This document shows, in pieces, positions 49,660 to 61,750 of a stretch of 64,000 nt of DNA; positions within the stretch are counted from its first letter, which is position 1, and each line of letters opens with the position of its first letter. Made by a program: the position numbers and the translations under genes. This DNA comes from Owenia fusiformis. Its lineage: Eukaryota. The notes below the pieces were generated by a model. It did not search any database. It was not told where the DNA came from and worked only from the letters and a program-made list of their open reading frames with translations. Location of the stretch: positions 11,160,001 through 11,224,000 of the forward strand of contig CAIIXF020000001.1 in assembly GCA_903813345.2 (NCBI GenBank), in the 5' to 3' direction.

Positions 49660-50920
49660 AGCCCTACCCTAGTCTAATGTACACCTTTCAAGTCAAGGTT
49701 GCTAGTTCTGATAGCCTCTTTCCATGTAATTGTTATAATGGGTAAAAAATGGAATATTGAATTGCTTATATTTTTGTTTTCAGGACTCGCAAGAGACGCT
49801 CTTGTTTGAGCCTCTATAGGGTAAGGAAAAAATTGTGTCTTGCTTTATTTATGAAGCCAATTTAAGTCAAAAAGATAGCAATGAAGAGGCAAAAGAAGAA
49901 TTAGCATCAAGTACTGATGAATATGACAAAATTAATAACAATGAATCTGGGACACATGTTTGAACGAGGTTCACGTAACCGTCAATCAATATTTTGCGTA
50001 ACCGAAATTAAAAATACAATATTATGGCGTTCAAAATATACATTACTAAATGCATCACCGAATGCGATGCCTACAAAAATCGTCAATTTTTTCATTGATA
50101 CACAATAGAAGAAAGCAATGCACCAACCTTAGTTTTGTGTTCCATTGCGGTGGTCGTAGTCGTCTAATCTCGTTTTCAGAGGTGGCCACCGTCATGCTAT
50201 AACACCGTGGTTCTGCTGTCTTGGTGATTTAATGAAAATGCATCCACTGAACAGCATTTGAGGTGTTGTTGCCCAGAGGCCAGGAATTTCAGTTATCTGA
50301 TTTTTACTCGGTGTTTTACCATTGACTATTCTTCATTTTCCAATTGAAATATTAAATGAGACTTTAATTTCCCGTCTTTTTGGAATTTCTTTCTGATATG
50401 ATTCTGCCTCAATGTTGATTTTCCGAAAATTGGACACATTCTAATAATCAATTTTGTGTAACAAAGTTGATATCATATTATCATCCATAGATTCTAGTTT
50501 AAGCACATAAAAATTGGGTTGATAGGACATATTTAAGAAATTATTACATTTTAGGGCCACGCTGTATATAACAGATATGTTTATCTATCCAGATGTAAAA
50601 ATGTACGACCAAATTTTGTAGGTTTTAAAAGTAATGTAAAACAATAATTTCAATTAAATGTAAAGTTGGAGAAAGGGGAAAGTGGGACGAGATTAAAAAT
50701 ACCGCAAACTATGTTCTAAAGAAACTATAGCCATGTATAATATTGTTTATACACCCTCCCACTTGTATCTTTGCTTGAAGTATGGCCAATAAGATTATCA
50801 CATTGGGAAGTATCTTTCCTTATTTCCATGTATTGACGCTTCGTGTATTGTTTGCATCTTACTGCCATCTTTCATTCCAAAGCAAGTTTATACTGGGTCT
50901 AATAGTTTTGCAGGATTTAG

Positions 50921-51007
50921 TGTCTGTTCTCTGCCTTGTAGGTTTTAGCGGGGCATGTAGCTGTTACTCTCGGCACTCACAGTGGTAGTGCTGTGCAGCG
51001 GGCTATG
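50921..51007 (+). pseudogene. TIMP exon-1 remnant with a nonsense codon, preceded by TIMP upstream sequence (50707-50910)
   Basis: SVLCLVGFSGACSCYSRHSQW* followed by GCGGGCTATG|GTAAGG. The ATG region is deleted. Intron 1 joins intron-2-like sequence at ~51375, so exon 2 is deleted. Confidence 0.88.
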
Positions 51008-51489
51008 GTAAGGTCGGATGGGTATGTCGGGTTGTCCATAATCACGTGTAGTTATTTCAAACATAAAGTTATCTAAGTTCGTTGTACAATTATGAAAATA
51101 TGTTTGCTGTTTTCAAATATAGGTCTCTCTGGGATTAGTTAGTGAAGGAATCGTTTCAATCTCTCATCAATCCTTGACTTCGGGAATAGAGAGTTCAATG
51201 CATCAAAAAAGTAAATTCTTAAAAAATCAATCGACGTGTCATGTCAAAATTATAATTGAATTATTTATACAAATTGATGTTTTGCATCTCTGTGATTTTC
51301 CAGCAGAGACTTTTTTAAATCTTTGAAGGTTCTTGAAATAGTGAATGGCCTAATCGTTTCAGAGAAAAAATAAAATGCATCCAGGGGATGCATTGGAGAG
51401 TGTAAATTATAAATAATTTGGTAAAAGTAAAAGTACCTTGTTCCTAGAGTTTCTAGTGCTCTAGTATGGACAAGTAGAACCCCACTTAA

Positions 51490-51790
51490 CCCCCCTATCA
51501 CACCAAACTAGTTCTTACCCGTTCTTGCCGGTCCTACGAAAACGTCGTAAAACGGGCTCAATCTGCATGAATCTGGCTTTGGTCGGGAAATATGTCTATC
51601 TAATAATCAGCTACTTCGTTCATACGTCCATCTTCAATACGTCCATCTCATCGTTCAGGTCGCACCACGTTGGTCTGCAACGTCGTATAATGCGTCCATT
51701 AGTCTAGAAGGTCATCATGACCTGATTACAGAACGGTATGGTCGCCATCGAACTTTGAATCGATTCAAAATTCTAAATCACATTCCCCGT
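51490..51790. mobile_element. One-ended fragment of the 819-1630 MITE family
   Basis: CCCCCCTATCACACCAAACTAGTTCTTACCCG TIR plus ~300 bp of internal homology. Confidence 0.75.
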
Positions 51791-51872
51791 TGCAATATTC
51801 GCAAAAACACACAGAAAAATGCTCTCATTTCAAATATTTCAGAAGGATTTGCCAAGGGGGTGACTTTTGGGT

Positions 51873-52335
51873 ATGGATGGGCCGTGCGTGAAGCGTGCGG
51901 AGCAGTCTAGAGTAATTTTGCAAATTTTCTTAAACATATGTTACGTTTGTGATAAAAATGTGAGAGAATTCTGCCTATCGCGTAAAATAAGGAAAAAAGA
52001 AAAATCGCAAATTCGACGTTCCGATAAACGAACCGTTTCGGTAACCAGCGTAATCGAGCGGACATTTTGCTGCATATTTTTCAGCTATGTATTACATGTA
52101 GGCCTAATCGAAAAAATGTGTAGGCTATATCTCCTAGACTGATGGATGGGCCGTGCGTGAAGCGTGCGGCGCAGTCTAGAGGAATTTTGCACATTTTCTT
52201 AAACATATCTTACGTTTGTGATAAAAATGTCGTGGGAATTCTGCCTAAACGCGTACAATAAGGAAAAAAGAAAAATCGCACCTTCGACGTTCCGACAAAA
52301 CTAAACGTTTCGGTAACCAGCGTAATCGAGCGGAC
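51873..52335. repeat. Direct duplication of ~190 bp, period ~269 bp
   Basis: ATGGATGGGCCGTGCGTGAAGCGTGCGG..GTAATCGAGCGGAC at 51873 and 52142. Confidence 0.8.
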
Positions 52336-54764
52336 TCAAAATATTAGGAAAATCGCAATTTTGAGGTCACAAAAGATATGCAAATTAGCTAATTTGCATG
52401 AATTATAATCTACATGATATATCTTTCATTTTATACCAAGATTATTTAAAACGGATAAGAATTGGAAGTGTTACAAGACAAAACATTTTGTTGGTAGTTG
52501 AAATTAATTCAGCGTCTGTTTCCATAGCAACGGGACCATTTTTAGAACTCATCATGTGGAAGTAATAGTGGTGATGCATAGCTTTCCAAAAATACCAAGA
52601 AACCAAAGGTCAGTCGATCCTTTTTCATTTTATTTTTTCACAAATCTCTTCTCGTCGTTTAAAATTAAAATCATTTTTCTTCAAAATGTTACAGTCCAAA
52701 CCCGGTTTTAGCGTAGAAAGTCACATAATACGGCTTGCGTGATTCTCAATTAAAAAGTTCCAAATTAATTATTTTGAATCCCGATAGGCAAAATACTTCA
52801 TAGAGGGAGGGGGTAGACATATATGTTCAACTAATGACAAAATATTGTAGAAAAATATGATTTTGCTGTCGTAAGTAAAAGTAAAAGTAAAATGCCGTGT
52901 GGTCAGGTGGTACAGTTTCTGACGTCGTATCATCTACACTTCATTGAATCGAATTTTGACATATATCTATATGTTCTCTGGAAGCTGAGAAATTATGCAA
53001 CCGCGGTATAGATGTTAGATTAACGTACCAGAACTTCAGCTCATAACAATCATAATTGCATATAATATTTATTTATCTCCGTCAAGATCACCCAGCAAGG
53101 GATTCAATCATTTTTTAAATTCTAATTCTTCTTACTATACTTTTGTATAAATATTTGCAAACAAGTGCACAGCATGTGTTTGGAACTGCATTATTTAAAG
53201 AGAGAATTATATACCGATACTGTAAATCTTGAAAGGACTGTTGACCGAGAAAATTTAAGCATTTTTTCGAAAGTAGCGGTCAACAACACCTACTAGCGGT
53301 CAACAGAACATATTGTTGACCGCTAATCAACCAATCAGAATTGAGTATTTTAACTGAGGTACTAACAAGATAGATTGGTAGGTCAATTGTACATGTTGCT
53401 TGTCACCCCTATAGATCTGATATTGACTTTAAATTAATGAACGATAACTAAACTGGTTGAAATGATAAATCAATACATTGAGAACTCGATAGTTATCTGT
53501 TATAAATTGGAAGTTATTTTGAATTGATCAATCATCACTGTGATCATACAACAGTCTTGAAATTAAAAAATATTGAACTATAAAGTATAACATTCATGAA
53601 CATATTAACATTTAATTAGAGCATGCAATGTTGCGTACATGTATAAGCTGCGAATATTTATCGTATTTACAATATTTGGCGCAGTGAAAAATAGTGAAAC
53701 CATACAAGGATATCATTTTCTCATGAGTGGATATGTCTTTGTCATGTAACATCACCACAACATCGATATTAAATAGCCAATTAACATTTTAGATTGCATA
53801 CTTTTGATTTCCTTCAAACTTAACAGACATGGTCTCATTGATACGGTGTGTCTTGTCAGGATGAATTCTTTAATCAAATATCTTAAATTCAGTCAATACA
53901 AGATACAAATATCCATATTATTGGACTAGGTTATTATGAGCATGTCTTCTTTTTATGAAGCGGTATTTTCTACTCTAATTTGAAACACAGCTAACAGTCA
54001 TTCATTCAATTTATCTATACTTGTTTTTTGATTTTCCCAAAATTATATTATGCTACTTATTTCTATTTTTCTGTACCTCAGTTAATATAGTGAGGAGTTT
54101 GCGAAATAATAAAAATGGAATTTTTACCTTTATGAAAATTGCCAATTATTTTACAATTTCAATAGCTGACATTGTCCTTATGCGCCACATGCAAACGATA
54201 GTGAAAGTACATGGATCATCTGACTTGGAATACTATTCATCATTTTATCTATTTTTCTGCCAATTGCATAATTATTCTCTTGTAGTAATGGAATCGGGCT
54301 AAAAGATTTAATAATAGATATAATCTCAAATGATTATTCATTCTATTGTAATCTAATATTGTATATAGTTATCTAATCCATGGTTGAAACTAGTTCCGAT
54401 GTGTGAGGTCTCTAAAGAATTTTGTGATATCAATTATGTCCTTTTAAATGTTACGATTTTATCATTCACTTAGCTAACGCTTAACGAAAATTAAAATAAT
54501 CTACTCGGTTATAAGTGCAGATGCATGCATATCATTTCCTATGTTCTGATGATAGATGCTACAACTGCTGATGCCACAGCTTTGTATATGCTACATGCCT
54601 CTGTTTAATAGGAGTATAAAAGTGACGGCTTTGTCACCGACAGACAGAGTTCTCAAGAAATGAAACGAATCACAGATAGCGAATAAACTACAAGGCAATC
54701 AGTTACATAAATATCTCAATAAAGTATTTCTATTTGACGTTATCTGACCTGTAATTACAGAAAG

Positions 54765-56633
54765 ATGAAAACAGGACGTGATGCAAGAGTGTTCGTGATG
54801 GTTTATTTCATCGTAATAGGGACCACACTCAAAAGTGTGTCATCAACAAATGTATCAGGGTTTAACGAGACGAACCCTCCAAATGGAAAAGTTGATGTGA
54901 ATTTGAATATCTCAAGAATTGAACTGAACAGTACAGTTGAAGGCACAACAACAACCAAAAACAGTGACACGACAACTGAAACTGGCAACAGTGACATGCA
55001 GGTTAATGCCAACCACAGTGGCACAACAACTGTAGATACAATCAGTTTACCAAATGAAGCGCAAATAACTGATATGGCGAATGCAAATGAAGACATTACA
55101 AAAGTAGTTGATGGCACCGTCACTGTTAACGTAAGCACGACTGTCAAACCAATCAAAATGTTTAAATTGACGTACAAATATTTCATGAGTATGGTAACAA
55201 AACTTGCAAAATTAGGCATCATAAAGTTCTATACTTTTAAAATTGATAATGATACTATAGATACAGTAACTAATGACACAAAAATCATCATAAAATGGTC
55301 TGAGTATGTTGAGCTAATAAGGACGTTGTATCTGAAGACTCCGAATGCTAAGTGTACACCGCCAGTTGGTGATCCAGTTACGGGCCTCAAACTACCGTTC
55401 GCAGATCACGCCCGTGTAATGCAGATTTACGTCGCGGCTTCTATCTGTGCCATCGGTGCGGTAAGTAACATTCTCGCATACATCGCACTCTCTCGACAAA
55501 AACAGAATACTAGCGTGTTCACGATGCGTTGCCTTGCAGTGAGTGATTGCATCTATCTCATGTGGAATGGACTTTGGGAAGTTTTATACTGGATATATGG
55601 ACACACATATTGGATGGACAAGTCCGTGGGAGCAAGGTCGCATCACATCAGCCTCGCATATCCGTATGTTTCTACAGTAGGGTATATGCTACAAATGACA
55701 AGCGTCTGGCTAGTAGTTCTGGTGACCGTGGACCGTTTTGTAGCTGTTTGCTTTCCTCTGAGGGCAGTATCACTATGTACAATATTTCGAGCAAGGGTTC
55801 TCTGTCTTTCTGTTTTCATTATGTCTATCATTTACCATATTCCCATGTTCTTTGAGTGGAAGATGGCCTGGGCGAGGAATATGTGCAGCAGGAAATTCGA
55901 ATACGTATTAAGGTTCACGGACACTGGAGAGAACTTCTATTATCAGTTGATTTACGGATTCATTTTGAATCTCATGTTTAAGAATGTCGTACCGATATTG
56001 ATCGTCTTCATATTGAATATAATGTTGATTCGGGATCTCTACCGAGCGAAGAGAGCGCGAATGGAGATTCAGAGTGGGGCTAACACACATTCGAGACAAG
56101 AGAGAGACATAACGATGACTCTTCTTTCAGTCTCTACGATCCTTGTTATTTGTCTGATACCAAGACTGGCACTGAAAGGCATGCGATTGGTGCTCTGGAT
56201 TCCAAAGACAAACGAAGAGAGGATTGCCCAATTTGGGTCCTTGGAGGCATACGATAACTACTATTGGAGTTCGAACTACCTCTTTATAGCTTCTGTGTTC
56301 TTAATGAGGGCCAATTCTGCCGTTAACTTTTTCATCTATTGCATCGTTCGTAAGGATTTTAGGAAAGAATTGCGGGATATTTTTACCTGCAATAAAAAGA
56401 AGGCGAGTAAAGCTCAAACCGACAAAAGTGCACGACTTAGCACACAGGGGCAAGGAACCAAGGAGTTTAGAGGAGAACTGAGAAAGGGTGAACAATATAT
56501 CCCACCAGGTGGGTCGGTGAATGTTGGCTTCTCTTCTACCGACGGACCCAACAATTCCACAATTACAACGTTAGATGTAAGTGAGTTTCAACAAAGAGCA
56601 GCACCAGAATATGGTGAAAGTGTCAGACTTTGA
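54765..56633 (+). CDS. GPCR3: intronless FMRFamide-receptor-like class A GPCR, 622 aa
   Basis: Same motifs as GPCR1, full ectodomain and the longest C-tail; AATAAA at 56923. Confidence 0.93.
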   Translation: MKTGRDARVFVMVYFIVIGTTLKSVSSTNVSGFNETNPPNGKVDVNLNISRIELNSTVEGTTTTKNSDTTTETGNSDMQVNANHSGTTTVDTISLPNEAQITDMANANEDITKVVDGTVTVNVSTTVKPIKMFKLTYKYFMSMVTKLAKLGIIKFYTFKIDNDTIDTVTNDTKIIIKWSEYVELIRTLYLKTPNAKCTPPVGDPVTGLKLPFADHARVMQIYVAASICAIGAVSNILAYIALSRQKQNTSVFTMRCLAVSDCIYLMWNGLWEVLYWIYGHTYWMDKSVGARSHHISLAYPYVSTVGYMLQMTSVWLVVLVTVDRFVAVCFPLRAVSLCTIFRARVLCLSVFIMSIIYHIPMFFEWKMAWARNMCSRKFEYVLRFTDTGENFYYQLIYGFILNLMFKNVVPILIVFILNIMLIRDLYRAKRARMEIQSGANTHSRQERDITMTLLSVSTILVICLIPRLALKGMRLVLWIPKTNEERIAQFGSLEAYDNYYWSSNYLFIASVFLMRANSAVNFFIYCIVRKDFRKELRDIFTCNKKKASKAQTDKSARLSTQGQGTKEFRGELRKGEQYIPPGGSVNVGFSSTDGPNNSTITTLDVSEFQQRAAPEYGESVRL

Positions 56634-59160
56634 TAACTGGTCATTGTTACAGATACATGTAGTAAAGGACTGAGACTGACTTTGGTTGAATTAACGTTTC
56701 GATGGTCCAAGACAAGACTATAGTGACAAGATTTCGACCTTGTTCTAAAGTTGTTAGGTAAACATATATGTCGAATTATATATGTAATTAACAAGTTTTT
56801 TTGTATAAATTGTATATATTATGATAGCTTAGACTTACATGTAGTGTTGTGTAGTGTAGTTTTGTACAATATGTATTCATTTTGTAATGACTAATATGTC
56901 AGGTCATGACATCTAAAGAGTCAATAAAAGATATATATATATATTGTATTATATTGTATTATGATGTCAATAAAAATAGATAGGAACTATCCCGTTATTT
57001 ACCTATAGTTATATATATTTTAATTTAAGTGGATGAGTGGGTATAATTTTGAATTTAAGAAACAATAAACAACAAAAATAGCTGCAGCTGCCGATGCCCT
57101 ATTTTCTTATGATTCGAAGTCGTTACAAAAAATGTATAAAGGTCATGCAGTTTACGTTGCCAACACCAAATCCTCTTGTGATGTTGACAAGCATGTATAA
57201 CGTCCCTTTTCTGTTTTGTGAACTTCAATTATTGATCAACTACGTATAGTGGTCCTGGGTTCGGGTATATCAGAAGCATACAATCTGCACACATAGATAA
57301 ATTCAGACTAACATTTGGATATCTAAACCATGTTGGTAGGTACAAGGTAGATTATAATTTGATTTGTAGTATCCAGATATTAATTATAGGAAATACCCAT
57401 AGTAATATTTAGGTCATGATTGGTACGTTGAAAATCCACATCATATATAAAAGGAGGTTCCTCAGGCTTGTGACTGAGCGTTGGTGGGTTTAACGTTTTA
57501 ATCCATGGAAACACTCCCCTTCCCTGCATTTTTTAATAATAAGACATAACTGAGTCACTGGACTCTTTTTACAAGTCCAGGAACACTTTAGTGCACGATG
57601 TATTTTTTATAGGTAACATTTTTAATTTGTTTTTTATTTTTATAGTTAACATTTTTTATTGATTTTTTTTTTGTTTTCTTTCATTTACTTATATAATTTA
57701 CTCCTATTTACAAATAGGCCGGGATGTTTTTCGCTATCGCTAACATAATTAATTTTGATAAATAAGATCTTTCGCAAAACAAAAATATAATTCCGTTTAT
57801 CCGATTGAAGAATTTTATTTGTCCAGATGACAATATATCTGCCCTGAAACCGTCTGTAACTAGTACATACAGAAATAAACTGACCCTGGCCTCAGTTTAA
57901 ACTGAGTTGAAATATTTAATTTTCACATTTATCTCAATAACAATATACACTCCCCTCCATAAGTTTGGTTCAAGCACAATTCATTGGCTAGCATATCAAA
58001 ACCAGTTAATCAAGTCGTAGTTTTGTTCCTTTATTACAATAATTCGGAACTTATGTCTCAGTCACATTTAATCTACGGCAACCGTACGGCGGCCGTAGGC
58101 TCTTCTTTATCGATTTAGTGCAGCCACTGCAGTCGTACGGCCACCGAGAGCAAATGTAACTAAGTTTTCTCCAATAATAGCTTTGATTTAAACAGTAATT
58201 TCATTTAAATCATTTTCCATGCTTGGACCAAATCTCCATTGATGCAATGCTAAAATTCATTAAAACCTAGGCTTATTTGTATGACAACCAACATGTTCAT
58301 GTTTAATCACAATATATACATTGACAGAGTCATCCAATAGTATGTCATTTGAGTTTCAGACAGATTCAACCATCACTTTTTGAGAAGTCATCAAATTAGT
58401 GACTATTGCAAGTTTCCAGCATCGAAGTGAATTGAGGTCTAGCCCAAGGAGGATTGACTCCCAGAATCAAAGTCGATATTTTCCAACAATGAAAAAGTCG
58501 AAATGTCGTTATTTTCTGAAATTATAACCGATTATGAATTCAAAATAAAGAGTTCAAAAGGTTTGAACCAATATCTCGATCATTTCTTGTGAGTTTTGGA
58601 ATTTTTCGTTAGGAAATAAGAAAAAAAATTCACGATTCAAATGTTGAAGCGAACAAAATGGCGGCTGTCGGAATTAAAATGTTGTAGCACACCCCCATAT
58701 ATGGGACAGAATATCGATGTTGCACTCTGGGAGCCAATCCTCCTTGGGCTGTTGGGTCTAGCCAAGAGGGGGATTAACCCCAGAGTTCAAAGATGACATA
58801 CGCTTATAATGTAAACGGGACAGCATATTTTCCATTCAATCGAGGTTGGGCCATGCAGCCGAAGGTAAGCCATACAACCGAATTTTGCCGATTTAATCTG
58901 ACGGAGAATGCTTAGCCTCTCTTTTTGACCAATTAGAGACGTCCTCTTCGCATTCGTGGTACCCTCGTACAACTTCGTTTGCAAAGAACTTGAGGTATCT
59001 TCGGTCGCAAGCCAAAAGTTGACACCCTAAAGTAAACCTGTATTGAGATGACGTACACCTCTCTGATTGGTCCAAATCGATAAACAAAAATGGCGGATTC
59101 AAAATTTTCTAATAACGCTTCGAATAATATTATGTTGATTCCTGGCGTATTAACCAATAT

Positions 59161-60513
59161 CAGACTTGCCAACCTAAAATGAAAAATTTTCGGGAGATTT
59201 AAAAAAAATTGCGGTACTTTTACGGGAGTTTTTTTCAAAATCCAGTTTTTGCGGGAGTTTTTTGAAAAAAAGCGGGAGTTTTTACGGGAGATTTTTGAAA
59301 AAACGGTAGTTTTTACGGGAGATTTAAAAAAAAACAGGAGTTTTTGCAGTAAATTTTGAAAAAAACGGGAGTTTCTACGGGAGATTTTGAAAAAACGTGA
59401 GTTTTTGCGGGAGATTTTGAAAAAAGGTATTTTTCGCGGTAAAATTAAAAAAACGTGAGTTTTTTACGGAAGATTTCAGAAAAACTGGAGTTTTTGCGGT
59501 AGGTTCTGAAAAAACTGGAGTTTTTGCGGTAGGTTCTGAAAAAACGGGAGTTTTTACGGTAGGTTTTTTTAAAAAACGGGAGTTTTTACGGTAGATTTTT
59601 TTAAAAAACGGGAGTTTTTACGGTAGATTTCTGGAAAACGGGAGTTTTTACGGTAGATTCTGAAAAACGGGAGCTTTTACGGTAGATTTCTGAAAAAACT
59701 GGAGTTTTTACGGTAGATTACTGAAAAAACGTGAGTTTTACAGTAGATTTTGAAAAAACGGTCCCGTTTTTACGGTAATAAATCCAGCGATTTAATTGGT
59801 TGAAATTATTATGACACATGCGCAGTTAATAAATTAATTAGAACTTATAATCTAAAATAGATGTCACGTTCATTATTTCACAGCAGTCCCTACCCATAAT
59901 GCGCCTTATATGGCGGGAATATTTTGTTTAGCGCCATATAAAAACAAAATGTATTCTCCCGACAGAAGTATGACAGAATATGAACTGGCCCCCGTTTGTG
60001 GACATTTGGTGTGTAAACTTATACCGAACTGATCGCAGAAAAGCAATTTGAATGGGAATGAAGTACTTTTAAGTTATTTATGAACGTATCGATAGTGAAC
60101 CATGGGAGCCAATCCTTCTTGGAGTAAAAGAAAGAAGCGTGCCTGCAATAATCAAGGTCACAAATTTGTCAAATTCCTTTTAAATACGGTAGATTTCGAC
60201 AGCAAAAAACGGAGATTTTACGGGAGTTATACCAAGAATACGGGAGATTTTACGGGAGTTATACCAAGAATACGAGAGATTTTACGGGAGTTATACCAGA
60301 ATACGGGAGATTTTACGGGAGATTTCAGCAAAAATACGGGAGATTTTACGGCCATATTTTTTTTAAAATTACGGGAGATTTTAGTAGAAATACGGTACGG
60401 GAGTTTACGGGAGTTTTTACGGGAGAAAACGGTACGGGAGTTTGGTATTTTTTACGGAAAAACAAAAAATTTACGGGAGATTCCCGTAAAAAAACGGGAG
60501 GTTGGCAAGTCTG
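59161..60513. mobile_element. hAT-like non-autonomous element with a 5-bp TSD and subterminal minisatellite arrays
   Basis: TIR CAGACTTGCCAACCT / AGGTTGGCAAGTCTG; AATAT on both sides; ACGGGAG(T/A)TTTT arrays at 59190-59780 and 60185-60500. Confidence 0.75.
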
Positions 60514-61459
60514 AATATCATAGCTTGGTTTTTCACATCAAGATAAAGAAATATATAAGGAATATGTTTACATCGATTAAAACAGCATGGTGACGCGCTA
60601 TGTTCAAAAATTAACTGGTGAGAATTTGCACAAACGAAGGTGGTACGCAAGAGACGTATTATGTCAGCCATCGCTAAAGCTCTGGCCCCCCCCCCCTCTT
60701 GGTCTAGCCCAGGAAAATCAAAGACAAACAAGTGTGACATCTATTATGTCAGCGTTAGTCGTCAAACATAAACAACCAAGCTTTGAGAAGTGATCCAAAA
60801 TGGTACTTCCAGTTGTCAAAGTTATGGATGGGAGTGCGTCGGATGTCCGGCTAGTGCTTCAAGACGAATTCTCTCCTCCAGCGCATTGAGTTTCCTGGTC
60901 CGTAGCATCGACGGAAGCTTTTCTCATTAACATTATCAATCACCATGTCGATCAATCCTTTCAGCCACAAAGCTTAATATGAAAAAAACTTTTCCAATCA
61001 TCATTAAAAGAATGTCTTCGGGTACCAGTTAAATATGACGACAAGAAACGATTTCATCACTAATCCCGGGGATTACATGTTTAATGCAATATGTGGCTCC
61101 TTAATATATAGTGTAAGATTGTTTTAATTGTCAAACTATTCTTCAGTATTGGAGGCTAAATAAATAAATAAATAAGCTCTCGACATTTGGCAAAACATTA
61201 TGAGGCCTTTATACACGTACATATTAGAAGACTAAAAGCTAATTTGTGTAACCTGTACTTGCATGTGTTTATAAGATATAATGGAAATTAAACCAAGATG
61301 ATATCCATTAAAGAATCTTGTCTTCCACTCTAGGGCTCAAGATTAAAGGAACATTAAATGCGAAATGATGAAGCCACACTACGTGACGACATCAATATAA
61401 TTACCAACGATTCCCCGTCTGTGCAAGTAATTATGTAATGACAAAAGCGACTGATTGTA

Positions 61460-61750
61460 CAGGGGCGGATCTGGGAACCAACAAGGGGGGGGGGCCCAAA
61501 CTTCTTGTCTGAGTAAAAAACTTTTTGGGCCCCAAAAACCCAAAAGTGGGCCCAAATTTTGAAATTTTGAGGCCCATTTTCTTCAAAATTTGGCCTAAAA
61601 TTAAAAAACAAGGCCTTAGAAGGCCTACTTTTTGGGGCCTTAAGGCCCTTTTTGGCTCAATTTTTTTTTGGGCACAATTTTTTTTTCTGGGCCCACCCAA
61701 GGGGGGGGGGGCGGGCCCCTGGGTCCCCCCCCCCGCCAGATCCGCCAGTG
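61460..61750. mobile_element. Short CA..TG TIR element (GGCGGATCTGG family)
   Basis: CAGGGGCGGATCTGG / CCAGATCCGCCAGTG with TTGTA on both sides; related ends at 36117, 31836, 31993 and ~63045. Confidence 0.65.

Noticed and set aside
59190-60593. CRISPR-like appearance and the 163-aa ORF at 60102-60593
   Set aside because: Degenerate tandem repeats without unique spacers inside a TIR element; eukaryotic context and no cas genes.
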